Assembly: GCF_009914755.1 (NCBI RefSeq)
Contig: NC_060932.1
DNA length: 64,000 bases
From: the human T2T-CHM13v2.0 reference genome, Homo sapiens
Direction: 5' to 3' (one strand)
This document shows positions 1-15,299 of this stretch, piece by piece. The position numbers and the translations under genes were made by a program. Every line of letters starts with the position of its first letter. Within the stretch, counting starts at the first letter, position 1. The notes beneath the pieces were generated by a model, which saw only the letters and a program-made list of their open reading frames with translations, had not been told where the DNA came from and searched no databases.

Positions 1-1431
<1,431 letters not shown>

Positions 1432-1541
1432 TAAAACTTTATTTTAAAGTAAAATTTTACGAAAGCAAAATGGAAAAATGTCTAAGTGTAAAGTACTCAG
1501 TATTTGGGATTGGTTGCATTGTTATTAAAATGTAATGCCAG

Positions 1542-1959
1542 TTGGATGAACCTGGAGGACTTTATAAACCAGGCACAGCATGACAAACCCCACATGATCT
1601 CTCACTTATATGTGAAATCTAAAAAAGTTGAACACCTTGAAGTAGAGAGAACTACAGCTCCTGTGGTTACCAGGTCAAAGGATGTTAGTCAAAGGATACA
1701 AAATTTCAGTTAGATAGGAGGAGTAAGTTCAAGAGATCTACTGTACATCATGATGATGACAATAATATGTTGTAGACCTGGAAATTGCTAAGTGAGTATA
1801 TTTTGTGTTCTCATCATCAAAAATGATTAAGTACATGAGGTAATGCATTTGTAAATTAGCTCGATTTGGCTATCCCACAATGTATACATACCTCAAAATA
1901 GCATGTTATACCCAATAAATATGTACAATTTTTATTAGTTAAAAAATAAATTATGAATG
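1542..1959 (+). mobile_element. L1MA-type LINE-1 3' end with target-site duplication
   Basis: ggatgaacctggaggac...gatacaaaatttcagttagataggagg...aataaa resembles the L1MA 3'UTR; flanked by AAAATGTAATGCCAG at 1527-1541 and 1960-1974. Confidence 0.85.
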
Positions 1960-3114
1960 AAAATGTAATGCCAGCCATAACATATGATGACTCAATTTAG
2001 TCAATAAAATATTCAAGTATTTTATAATACCAAATGAAAACTGATACCCATTTGCCTTTCTTCCTCAATCAATTATTTTAAAAGTTAAACATCAACATTA
2101 TAGAATAGCAAGAGTGGAAGTACTGCTGGTTAAAAATCACAAATCTTTAACAGTCTAAATATATACTTTATATATTCTAATTTAATTTTAAAATTAAAAT
2201 AACTTTATATAAACAGAAAATGAAGAAACAAAGTTCTCAAAAAAGTCACTGGAAAATAATTTTGGTAGACTACATATGATTAGTCTCCACATAATATTTG
2301 GGTGTTCTGAAGAAATTTACGTATGGTCCATCAAGTAAACATTTAGGCTATTCAGCTTTTTTTTGAGAAGTTACTTTTTCTGATTTTAGAAATAAATGTC
2401 CTTTTGTAAAATCTGGAAAATGATGAAGTCAGTCACATTTTCTAGTCCTTCTATATGTTTATATGCATATATGTATATATGTGTATTTGACATCATAGGT
2501 AATATTTTGTGTCTTTGTTTTAAAAAACTAGAGATATCCTCCATGTTACAGATAGAAAAATTATGGTACACGGAAGTAAAGCTACTGGCCTAATGCCACA
2601 CAGTGGTGTAAGAGGATTCACAGATTCTTCTGCTCCTCCTTAAGTTTTCAATTACCTATGACCTCTTGAAAGAACAGTAAACATAATCCCTTTAGGAGTG
2701 GTAAGAATTTATCACTCCATAGAGTCTTATAATGTCTTTCCTATGAAGTAAAATATAAGCCATATTGCTGCTATTCAACTCATTATTTTAATATTATCCA
2801 TTAGAAAAATGGCTACTTTCAAATAAATTATCATTAAAAACAATATCTACTGCCTCATGCAATGTTATTTTTTACATTTTTTTTAATTGGGGAAAAAGCC
2901 CCCCAGGCAGCAGTTTTTCAGAAATCTTGTATTTCCTATTAAAACCAAAGAATACTGCTGTCTTGAAAGGCAAATAGGATGTCTCCACTGAGCACATTCA
3001 AAACGAAAATAGCCTGTGTTTTTACTGCTTGGTGTGTTTCTTTTAACTTCAAGTGCTTGCTTCTGACTGATCTTTGTGAACTCCAGCCTAAATGGATTCA
3101 ATCTCAGCCTTTAC

Positions 3115-3184
3115 CAAGACTGCTCTCTTCCACTGTGCACTTTCTCAGGCCATATGCTGCAGTAAACGAGACTGCATGTCTGAG
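3115..3184 (-). other. Candidate 70-nt exon
   Basis: Minus: ttaattgcccttttcctatacag|CTCAGAC...AGTCTTG|gtaaag. Good acceptor, moderate donor, repeat-free context. Confidence 0.3.
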
Positions 3185-5042
3185 CTGTATAGGAAAAGGG
3201 CAATTAAATCTGGTTTTGCATTTCTGTATTAAGGGCATGGTTTAAAGACTTTCCTTTGGAGAGGTTTCTGACATTCTTTCCACAGACATTCTTTAACATC
3301 TGTCAGTGCATGCTACTGATGGTTCTCACAGACTTAAAATAGAGAGAATCTCTCTGACTAGTTCTTTGATATAAACATATTAAGTAATACAAAGCCAACA
3401 AATACAAAGCTTGGATTGAACCTCGGTATCCAAAGAGAATACTGTGAGGAATTCTGACTTTGCTAGTCAAATTAGCTGTCTTGCTGTAATCATAATTCTC
3501 AGAAGTTTTAAAATAGTTCTTTTGAAATCATTAACCATCTATGTTTTCATCCTACTAAGTTAAAATCATTCAGATATTTTTCTGGCTTTCTCACAATTCC
3601 TTAATTAGAGTTTTAAGACTACAGAAGAAAAGTTTCCATTTTCTCTTTTTTCAAGAGGAAGAAAAACATTTCTAAAGGTTTAATTAACATCAATTTGTTT
3701 ATTTTTCTAATTCATACAAATGCTCACAGTCATACCAATCTATATGTGAAGTCAGCAGCCACGTCCCTGTGTGTATGTGTGTGAGTAAGTAGGAATGTGT
3801 GTGTATTTTCTTCTTTAAATAAACTGTCTGGGCTTCAATTTCATCATTGTTAAAAAGCAGAGGGTCAGAAAAGACCTTAGATCTTTTGCAGTTGGAAGAC
3901 TTTATTCTACTTTTAAACAATTGTATCAATTACAATTGATACAATGTAAAGTGATATTACATGCAAAATTGATTGTATACGCAAAATGCAAACTTTTAAG
4001 CCTTTTTATTAGCTATATAAAACACTGTAATAATCTTGAACATTCAATTAACAAATGAATCTTTATATGCAGACTACTTGGTTTATTTCAGGTTTGCCCC
4101 ACTTTTTCAAAGTACCATCTGCCATGTTCCCTCGACCTGTCTAGTCTATTGCTTCTTTCCATTCAATCTGTAAGATGCCTATAAAGAGTCTCTCATTTGT
4201 TGTTTTTATTCCCTAGATGATCATAAGCAGGTAACATTACATAACCTCTAACTTATTTCTAGACAATCTATTGAATAAGTGGCTAATTATTTAAACTATG
4301 TGTTTTAGTATTGCTATGTTTTTTAATATTGTTCATCACTGTACTATCTGTACTGTACACCATCAAGCACAGAAGCCAAGATTAACAAAATAAACATGAG
4401 AGGGTGTTCAAAAAGTTCTACTCCTCTCCAATATTTCTAGTCATCATTAAAATTTCAAATACAGCACACATCTTAAGTCCTAATTTATTATCCCAGGCCA
4501 TTAGAAGATGTAAATTGAGATATAAAAATTATTATAATCATAATTTTTGCTACCTGAGTTATTCCCAAAAGTCCTTTGAAAAAAAAAAAAACTAATGATT
4601 ATCACTTAAAAATACTATCTAGACTGTGCCTACCATGAGGCCAAATAATATGTATAACTGGCCCGTTGGAAATCTACATACTCTCACAGCAATGAGCAAA
4701 AGAGACTGTTCATATACCAAAACACATTTCCTCAAACTGCAATTATCCTGGATAAAGATTTTAATCTTGTTCTAAAATTCTACTATGAATATATAATTTT
4801 CAAGTTCTTTTTAACCTTGCCGGGCTAGTATTTTGTGCCACCACAAACAGAAGTTTTGTCTCTTGTTCAAGCATTGATTTATTTTATAAAATGTGAAAAT
4901 GGAGGATTTAAAAATGTCTAGTAAATGATTTCATTTTTTAATAATGTGGAATATGCATATAATACATTATAAATGGTATCAATTATGACAGTTATAATTT
5001 TTTCTCAAGTTACAAAAGAAGATGTGTCAAGAAATGAGGGAG

Positions 5043-5383
5043 GGCCAGCCATGGTGGCTCACGCCTGTAATCCCAGCACTTTGGGAGACCGAGGCAGGAG
5101 GACTGCTTGAGTTCAGAGTTCAAGACCAGCCTGGGCAACATGGCAAAATCCCATCTCTACAAAAAATACAGAAATTAGCTAGGCATGGTGGCAGGCGTCT
5201 GTGGTCCCAGTTACTTGGAAGGCTAAGGTGGGAGGATTGCTTGAGCCTGGCTGGTCGAGGCTATAGTAAGCCAAGATTACACCACTACACTCAGGCCTGG
5301 GTGACAGAGCAAGACCCTGTAGAGAAAAGAAAAGAAAAAAAAAAAAGAAAAAAAGAGAGAAAAGAAAAGAGGAAAAGGAAAAC
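5043..5383 (+). mobile_element. Alu (AluJ-like), A/G-rich tail
   Basis: Dimeric Alu sequence with middle A-linker and tail. Confidence 0.95.
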
Positions 5384-5687
5384 CCTGTCACTTAACTACC
5401 ATCATATCAAGTCTATTTTTATTAAAAAACTAAATATTTTTTGCTAGTCAAATATGAATACATACATATGGAAAGGGGAAAAAAACCCAAAGAAACAGAA
5501 GGAGTAAATGCTTTCAGGTACCTGAAATATGCTGATGATTAAAATTGGGATCAAACTTGGCAGTAGTATTATGACTTTTAAGCAAAAAGGGATACGTTTT
5601 GGAGTATGCAATTTTCATTTTAAGAGAAAAGAAAATATATACATTTATTGACTGAAACAAGTTTTTTCAGTGTAGCACAGAGGTTTG

Positions 5688-5830
5688 ACTGTGACCAAGT
5701 ACAAGAAATCTACCTTTTCTGGGCTGTTTACTCATCTGCAATATGCAACACCTTGCAAGTCTGACAAGAGGCTTAAGGCATTAAGGTATGAAAAGTGCAT
5801 GGCACATAATAAATACACAATAAATAGGAG
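5688..5830 (+). mobile_element. MIR fragment
   Basis: tgtgacc...ctcatctgcaa...tggcacataataaatacacaataaat. Confidence 0.55.
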
Positions 5831-6159
5831 CTTACATAATTCACCACATCAATACTTATTTATAAAGTACAATAGGCAACCAAAAGGACAGTCACTTCAA
5901 ATATGGTTTTACTAAAGATACTAGAATACTATTCAAGTGGACAAGTCTAGTAGCAACCTTCAACATATATAAAATAAATGACAGGAGAGCAAAACTCATT
6001 GAAGGCATTCTTTGAGTTTGGGGATTTGGGGCAGAGGGAGGGGATAATAAGGTCCAGAGATTACTCTGTAGTTTACAGTGACAGACTTGGTATATCTGTG
6101 GGGAGCCTGAGCTGGGAGCTATCACAGAATATCTGTGGAATATTTTTAAAGTTGTTTTT

Positions 6160-6300
6160 CTTAAAAAGAAAATACTGATGGCCTGGGGTCCAACCCAGAC
6201 CTGCTGCAGCAAAATCAATAGGGTAGAGCTAGAGATTCACGCACATTTGGGAAAACACTTCCCATATGAGTCTGGTCTCCCGACTGTTCAACAAAATCAC
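6160..6300. mobile_element. MER5-like hAT DNA transposon remnant
   Basis: ctgatggcctggggtccaacccagacctgctg...ttcccatatgagtctg resembles MER5A. Confidence 0.45.
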
Positions 6301-7375
6301 TGATTAATGCGTTCAGCAGCTATTCTCCAAATGGTTTGTGGTAGTTTGGGGCCAGGCTGAATCTTGCTTACTTCAAGCCTTAATTTCCTTACAAGTGCAT
6401 GCAGTTTAGACATTATGTAGAAGGTCAAAGTTAGAACTATGTGTTTTAAATATCAGCTATGACAGGGCAAAATTGTTTTTCCATTATGAAAATTAAAGAG
6501 ATTAACAGGTATTTTCACCTAAACAAAAGGCTGAATCATTTTAGCTTGGCTACATAAGGTTTACTGTCATTAAGGTTGTACTTTCATGACCAAAAGACGT
6601 AAGATTTTCAAAATCACTAGCACAATGCTCGAGAACATAACACTTGCTCCATACACAAGAGTCAAGTTTTGGCTTGACAACTGCTTGATGGCAAATGTTA
6701 TTTCCTGATTTCCTCATCCCTAAAATGTCCTTAATAATGTCCTTCCATGGTAAAACCTCTGTCTCCAGATTCCTAATCCCCTGCACTTTCGACTACATTA
6801 AGAGAACAGAAAACTTCTAAATTTGTTGTACCACCTATTTTCAGGTTTGGTTAAATCTTGTTTCTGTCTCTCTGAATTAGTTACTTATTAAATAGGTATT
6901 GTTGAATTTTCAATAAACACTTGTTCAATACCTATATGAAGTAAGAGGATACCAACAACAATTAGACAGACTATCCCCTCTCCTCTCCTCTCAACCCCAG
7001 GAGGCAAAGATGGAGGGAAAAGTCGTATTCCACTAATTCCCTCAGTGGGAAGAACTACTTTAGGTCTGTCGTGATTTCTTTGTCTTTTCAACAAGAGATG
7101 AGACTTCATGGATCCCTTTTGGAAAGCCAAATACTTAAGAGACTGTTATTGCAGTAGAGTATGTAGGTTGGCAATGGTCAGAGAGAGGAAAAAATCTTTC
7201 ATAAAAGAATCAGACCCATGCTGCAGATTCCACACAATCCAGAGTGCTTTAAATAGCCTTTTCTGTAGGACAAGAACCAGGGTCAACCAGGGAGCAGAAG
7301 GGGAAAGGGTGGAGCACAAAGACTACTATCCCATGCTGACCAGGCTTATGTTAAGTAGATTTGAAAAAGACTCTC

Positions 7376-7690
7376 GGCTGGGCGTGGTGGCTCACACCTA
7401 TAATACCAGCACTTTGGGAGGCTGAGGCAGGAGGATAGCTTGAGTCCAAGAGTTTGAAATCAGCCTGGTCAACACAGCGAGCCCTTTTCTCTACAAAATA
7501 AAAAAAAATTAAAAATTAGCCAGGTGTGGTGGTGAGTGCCTGTAGTTCCAGCTACTGGGGAGGCTGAGGCAGGAGGAGCTCCTGAGCCCAGGAGTTCAAG
7601 TCTGTGGTGAGCCATGATCACGCCACTGCTCTCCACCCTGGGCAATGGAGTGAGCACCTGTCTAAAATTAAATTAAATTAAAAACAAAAA
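7376..7690 (+). mobile_element. Alu (AluJ-like)
   Basis: Full dimer with A-rich tail. Confidence 0.95.
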
Positions 7691-7744
7691 GAGACTTTCA
7701 GGGCTTAGAATAGAGTTCGTGACTTGACCATAGGTCGTGTTTGA

Positions 7745-8423
<679 letters not shown>

Positions 8424-8569
8424 CTACAGTTCATACTCTTTATTAAAAACTGAGGGTACTGCAGCCTAGAAAATTCTGTTAAATTAAAAATAAAAATCAA
8501 CTACATAAGTACAGAAAAGCAAGCACTTTAAAGCCACTTCATGTGAGAAGGTGGTTTTAGATCATCACA

Positions 8570-9207
8570 AGCTCAATAAGAATCAACAATGTAGTTTTGC
8601 TCCCCCAATAAGCTAATGTAATTTTAGGCTGAATTAGAAGTATATATTCTATTCTCTAATGTATAATCTGCATAATAATCTCAATCTCCTTTCACTTTTC
8701 TGACCATATCTAGACTACTGTGACCTGCTCCGTGCAACACAATTAGAGGGTCATTGATAATCGGAACCTATCAAGAAGAGGACGCTGAAAGAATACTGTA
8801 TTATGTTGAATGAGGAATTGAAGGGAAGGAAGGCATTTAGCAGACTGGAAAAAAACAGCAAGAGGACCCTAAACCTGTCTGAATTTGCAAGGGTTTAATA
8901 TTAAAAAGGTGACGGTACTTATTTTATGTGACTATATATTGTATGCCCCCACCCCCCCAAAAGCAGAAATAAGACAAACGGGTAGAAGCTTTAGGATGGC
9001 AGATTCACAGCAGTTTAATACGAGAAAGAACTTCTAACAGAACTGGTTGGAAAGGGAACAGGTTGTTTTTTTGCGTATTAATGGTGGAAATCACAGGGAA
9101 TTTTCAAAATGGATGACCTTTGTGGTAATGGTGGAGTTTGAATTCAGTAAGGGTTGAATTAGATGACTTTCAAGATCCTTCCATTTCTAAAAGTTATGAT
9201 TCTGTGA
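8570..9207 (+). mobile_element. L3/CR1 LINE 3' remnant
   Basis: aatcaacaatgt...aagctaatgtaattttaggctg, and terminal ttagatgactttcaagatccttcc...tatgattctgtga, typical of the L3/MIR3 3' end. Confidence 0.55.
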
Positions 9208-9402
9208 CCCAGAAAGCCTAATAGTTCTCCGACACCAGAAAGCATGAAAGCTGGAAACCAGATTAAAAAAAGAGCAGTCAGCCAAACAGTCAGAAGGTAG
9301 GTCAGGTGTACAGTAACAAATTTAAGATCTGATTATCTTTCAGTCTACCTATCATCATTTAACTCTGGTAGACCATGAAGTACAACACTCTCAGTGACTT
9401 AC

Positions 9403-9479
9403 CACATCCATAGGTGCTCTGACTTATTACAGATAAAGATATCCATTATGCATAATTAGCTTCTTTATCTGACTCAAAT
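9403..9479 (-). other. Candidate 77-nt exon (stop codons in all three frames)
   Basis: Minus: aataatctttagcttcag|ATTTGAG...GGATGTG|gtaagt. Consensus donor, weak acceptor. Confidence 0.25.
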
Positions 9480-10809
9480 CTGAAGCTAAAGATTATTCTG
9501 GACATGATTTCCTGGATAGATGGCCAGCTAAGTTGTGTTTCAGATAGGAGGATCACTTAATTAACTAGGCAACACAGGTATTTTAGTATATTAATCACTT
9601 CCCTAGGTAGGCAAGTTCTAAATCACCCTTTTCTCCTATATGAGGACACATGGAGCTACTGTTTTCTGTTCCCGTGTTACTCTTTAATCTCTGTCAGTGT
9701 TGTACTTTTGAACTTCCACTTTGTAACACTGCACTACACTAAACACTATATGTAGCAAGCATTCTATACGTTTGTAGAAGATTTTAGTAAATATGTACTT
9801 TCAAATGCTATATAACACATCTGCAACTTGTTTTGCAAACTGGGGGTCTGAAGTCTTTGGACAAGTCTGCATTCCACCACCTGCCATATGTGCTCCTTAA
9901 CCTGGCTTCCAATCTCAAAGCTGCATTCACTTATTTTAAATCTTGAGGAGCAGGATAGGTGTTGACAATGTGTTACTTAGAATGTTCCAAGTATTCCCTA
10001 ATCTCTGGGTCATTCCTGTCAAAACAGGAGTGTGACTACACAGTGACCAGCATGCAAGCTGATGATATTTTTGCTTCTAATCTGAGAAAAGAAATTGCTT
10101 TTGTGCAGACTGGTATCTCTAGGGTGACTTTGTTCTAAATGCTAATATCTTATTCTAAATATCATCAATTGTCAAATATCTTTGAAATAAAATTCTGCAA
10201 AAAAAGTACACACTTCAGAATTTCTGAATAAAAAATATCAAACCATCTCTTTATGATTTAAATTGTAAATAAGAGCTTTATTGTTTGCTTTTGTTTTTAT
10301 TTTGATGGAAATAGGATGTTGAGGCAATTTCCTGGAGATTAGACAATGACATTATTTTAAACTTTTTACTATCCAGGAAAAAACATTCAAATAATAAAAT
10401 TCAAAAAAATAGTGTTAGGCATATTTTGAATAATATAATTATCTCTGAATAATTCTTATGCCTTTAAAGTAAGACAAAACAGGGTAGAATAGTGACTTAT
10501 TTTTGTCTTCACCATTAAGAAGGAATTAGTAGTTCCTAATAGAAACTCTAACTTTGATAAGCATTCATTTCCCCTATCAAATTCTATTTTATAGAGGTTA
10601 TCTGCATCTAGTTGTCCTTGCCCATTTGGACTTCCTAAATCAGTGGTTATGACATAGAAAAAGATCTCAAAATCTTGGAGCTTTCTAACTTTCTAAGAAA
10701 AGATGAAGAAAAAGCAGAATTCTGCACAGAGAGCATGTATCATACCATATTAATGGGTAAAGAAAGCCTGTTTACTGGTGGGAACTAATTAAAACTAGGA
10801 TAACAAACG

Positions 10810-11000
10810 GACAGTGTTTAAGAACACTCCTTGTAGGTGAACAACTCTATGATCATTATGTAACCCTAGGCAAGGTATTCAGCTCCTCAATCATTACCGT
10901 AAAAGAGGAATCACCGTAGTTCCTACCTCATAGGATGGCTGGGAAGATTGTAGGAAATAATGCATATAAAAGACTTAGTAAATCCTCAATGAAAGTCCAG
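10810..11000 (+). mobile_element. MIR fragment
   Basis: atgtaaccctaggcaagg...cctacctcataggatggctgggaagatt...taatgcatataaaag. Confidence 0.6.
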
Positions 11001-11415
11001 TCAGGATAGGCCTTGATTTAACAAAGAAATAATTCAGGTACAGAACTAGCTACTCTCTGTCATAAAGTAGGTCTGGCTGTTAAGGTTTACTGGAGCTGAC
11101 TAATTGACTAGCAGGAGGACTGTCTATGTTGGGAGTAGACAATAGTTGACAGGGAAATTTTCAAAGATGTTGTGTTCAATGAATTAAGCTTAACTTTGGT
11201 GGGTATCAATTAGCTAAAGGCTTCTAATCTACTGGATAAGCAACAGCATCCGGACTTTTGAAAAAGTGTGTCTCTAGGCCGTAGAGGGCCTTTCTGTTGA
11301 CAGCAGGGCCCAAGTGACTGAGGATATGGGAAAAGAATATGAGTCTTGAGAAAGATGGGCCCTGCAGGAGTACTTGCCCTGGCCCTGGGGCTCCAGCCTA
11401 CCAGTTTGTTCACTG

Positions 11416-12030
11416 GTTCATTCATTTACTCAAAAATGTTTTTTAGAGGCCCATCTGTGGAAGATACTGCTCTAGATGCTGCAATAACCAGTAAGTACAG
11501 AAGAAAGAAAGGGTTCCAGTACTCTTAGAGCTTACACTCTGCTAGGAAGAGAGAGACAATAAACCAAAAAACAACCAAATCAAATAGGAGTAAGTGTTGT
11601 ACAGAAAATAAAAATAAAGTGATATGTTAGAGAGGACTAGGGAACAACAGTAGACTGGGTGGTGAAGGAAGGCATCTCTGAAGAGGGGACATTTAATGAC
11701 AAGAAAAGGAGCCAGCTGTGCAAAGATGGGGGCAGAGCTTTTCAGGCAGCAGCACCGTTGGTTCAAAGGCTCACGGTAGGGTAAAGTCGGTACGTTCAAA
11801 ACCAAAAGGCCAGTGTGACTGGAAAGTACTGGCAGGACTCGCAGGTCAGACAGGAAGGCAGGAGGCAGGCCATGTAAGGCTTCATACACCAAAGTAAACG
11901 GTTTGGGGTTTCTTTTAGGTGCTCTGGAAAGCCTATGGAGGGGAAGTGAATGATCGAATTTCTGTTTTGAAGATCACTCTGGCTGCTCTGTGTAAGAATG
12001 AATTCTAAGGGACAAGGATGGAAAGACACT
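11416..12030 (-). mobile_element. L2 LINE 3' portion
   Basis: ttcattcatttactcaaaaatg (reverse L2 tail)...gaaggaaggcatctctgaagagg...aagatcactctggctgctctgtg. Confidence 0.8.
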
Positions 12031-12454
12031 GGGCAGGGAGGGTGAAGTGCTAATCAGGAAACTTATCTGTGGACAAAGGCACTGCAGCAAGAGAGAGGCT
12101 GTGCTGGCACGCCACATTCCCGGCAGCCAGATCTAACACCACTGATAAAGCTGTCTGTCTTGGTCAGAATTCACTCAGGACCATGGTAGAGTCAAGCTTT
12201 GCTATACTGCCCGCATTCTTCTTGGTTTAACAAACAGTTCATTCAGGAACAAAACCACTCCTTCCTATCAGAATTGATGGAGGTCTGGCTGTAAGGTGGT
12301 CTGGGTGGGTAAACTGACTTGGCAGGATTGTATTCTTATGAAGGCAGAAAGCAGCTGACAAAGTTTTCAAAGATGTGCAGTGGGATCTGGGGAAGCAAGA
12401 CCTTTTTTATTTTCTACAACAATGTGTACTCCTACATTTGCTTGTTTATATATG

Positions 12455-12838
12455 TGTATATTAGTTTGCTTGGGCTGCTATAACAAAATACCACAGATCG
12501 GGTGGCTTAAACAACAGAAATTTGTTTTCTCACAGTTATGGAGGCTGAAAGTCCAAGATCAAGGCTCGGGCCAATTCAATTTCTGGTGAAGGCTCTCTTC
12601 CCGGCTTGCAGAGGCTGTGACCTCACGTGGCCCTCTCTCACTGCATGCACATGCAGAGTGTTCTTTCACATTTCTTCCTCCTTTTATGAGGCCACCAATC
12701 CCACTGGATTAGGGCCTCAACCCTTAGACCTCACTTAACCTTTATTACTTCCTTACAGGTTCAGTCTCCAAATACAGTCACGCTGGAAACTTGGGCTTCA
12801 ACATATAAATTTTGGGGGGATAAAACTCTGTACATAAC
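12455..12838 (-). mobile_element. MaLR solo LTR (MLT1A/B-like)
   Basis: tgtatattagtttgcttgggctgctataacaaaataccacag...ggcttaaacaacagaaatt...ttcaacatataaattttgggggga. Confidence 0.85.
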
Positions 12839-13972
12839 AAGGTCTTATTATCATATGAATGCCTATTTGCACACAAATGTTCAATTTATTTGAAATATGT
12901 ATTAGTCACACATTATGTGCCAAGGAGATGCTCAGGAGATGAAAAAGAAGTCAGTGATCTTAATGAGGTTAGAGTCTAGCAGGAAAGACAACCATGATGA
13001 AATGAAATACACTAGTGGTATAGGTAAATGTAAAGAAATTCTATTAGGAAAGAAGTATCAAGGAATTCTTGGGAAAACAGCTGAAATTTATGTTAAATTT
13101 TATAGAATAAGCTGGAAGTCACCAGTGAGGCAGACAAGAAAATTCAGACCCACCCCAAAATATAAACTGTGAAAAAGGTGTTCCTTTGACTATCTTAGCC
13201 TGAAGATATTTATTCTTTTACTGAGTTTCAAGAATAATTATTGTTTGCACAGTTCATTTGGCCACTAAAGAAGTAATGCTCTCAGATTGGACTCTCACTA
13301 TTGCCTGAAACTACGACTGAAATCTTTTGTTATCAACACCTTTTAATGATTGTGTTTCTTGTTTACTAACTAGAAACTAGGTTTTTCCATGGTGACTATC
13401 TGATGAATCCTTTGACAGAGTATATCAGTAAATGAATGTTGGTTTAATTTGACAAGATTGAAGGAAATAAAAGAGAATGTTTAGCTGTGAGAATTAGGAG
13501 CAGTGTAATCTGGTTTCAATTCCTCGTAACCAGGTTATTACTGGTTAATTTTTCTGCGTCTTACTTTGTCAAAAGAGATGGTTGACTAGATGTCTATGGT
13601 TCTTACAAAGTCTAAACCTTCATGAACATATTAGTTCAATCTCTAATTCAGCAACCCCATCTAATTAGGGTTGATTTTAAGGTTTCCACCCTTTACTAAT
13701 TTTTATAGTCTCCTTTCCCTTCCTGTTTGAATTTTATGTAAGCAATTAAAAGGCCATAAAAATTCATTCAATATTATATAACATAAAAGGGAGACAGGAG
13801 GGACGAACTAAAAAACATTCAATTTCAATCCTTAAAGTTTACATTTTAACCTTAAAATACAGTTAACATCTAGGCTAACATCCAGTACAACACAGCTAAT
13901 TGTTCTACTTCAAGTAAACTATATGGAAGACAAGAACAGATAATACTGGCAAGCCAATTAAAGAATACTCAC

Positions 13973-14100
13973 CTTTGCTTTCTGGTGATTAGATTTATAT
14001 ATATGTTAAACATTTCACAACATAGTATTTATATTTAAACAAAAAAGCACTCCAGATTTACACAGACTGCTCAAATGTAAAGCATGTAAATCAGCACTTT
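13973..14100 (-). other. Candidate exon ending in a consensus donor; possible alternative first exon encoding MFNIYINLITRKQ(R/S)
   Basis: Minus: CAAAG|GTGAGT at 13973/13972. ATG at 14013 is open for 41 nt to the donor (phase 2). 5' boundary unknown. Confidence 0.3.
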
Positions 14101-15299
14101 CTAGTTTGTAACAAAACTTTATCTTAAATGAACAAGTGGGTTAAGAAACAACCTGATTAAAATATTTCAATAACAATTCTGAAAAACACTAGTTTAGCAA
14201 TTATTAAAAAAAATGGTTCCATTTGAAAAGTGGTTACAGTTTTAACTTTACAGTCACAAACTCTTTTGTTGAATTACATTAAATAAATTGGTTGTTAAAA
14301 ACTAGTGCTTGCAAAAGTAATTCTAATGCCCAAGTATGGGACAGGCTCCATGACCACAAAACTATGCCAGCTCTACCTTTTAAATAGACTTTGCCAAAAT
14401 GAGTGTGTTATTAGCCAGGCTTGGCTGAAACAATCCACTGCCCACAAAGCTACTTTAATGTACTGTCTCTATTGAAAATCACAGTAATCCAACAATACAT
14501 TACGATACTTTCCCATCACTGCAGCAATTCCCACCACAGGCAACACTTTGTCCCCAACAAAGAAGCCTCACATTCTACGTCTGCAGAAACCCCAATCCTG
14601 ACTAGTACTGTATGGCTGCCAAGAGGAACATCTGTGTGCTCAACAGTACACAAAACTGGCTCTTTTCTTTTTTTCTTTCTTTTCCTTTCTTTCTTCTTCT
14701 TCTTTTTTATTTCCTAGACAATAAACTGTGTGATTGCTTGGTAAGGAAATGGTCTTTCATTCTCTTCCTCTTCCCTTTTATTTGTTTGTTTGTTTAACAC
14801 AACAGTCAAACAACTACATCTGCCATCCACCATTACTTTAAGGCCAAACCCTGAAAACACAGTAAAGTTTATTTTCAGATTTCATGTAAGCTTAGATCTG
14901 TGATTAGCTGAAGAGTGTTGACTTTAAAGATGAAGACTCCTAAAGGCATATTAATAAAAAGGAGCTATCCAATTCTGAGAATAGTCTAGAATGTCATTTA
15001 TGTTTGTAGAGAGATAAATCCAAACAAAACACTAAAAAATGGTAATATAATTCTTGAGAGTAAAGAAGTTATAAACTAAATGTTCCCTGTAGAATATTTA
15101 CAATGTAAGCCAGTATTTCTATACAAATATTACATTTTTGTATTTTACACCAAGAAAGACTTTTCTGGTATGTTTGCTTAAAGAAGTAAAAGAAATGGAG
15201 GCATAAGAGCCAAATGGACAAAGAGATGACTAGGAATTCACCAGAGAAAAATGACTCATTATAAACATTCAACCTTAATCTGCTCCCTAGACAAAAGAA

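Noticed and set aside
6314-6340. CAGCAGC...AATGGTTTGTG resembles miR-15a
   Set aside because: Seed and middle differ, spacing is wrong, and there is no miR-16 partner.
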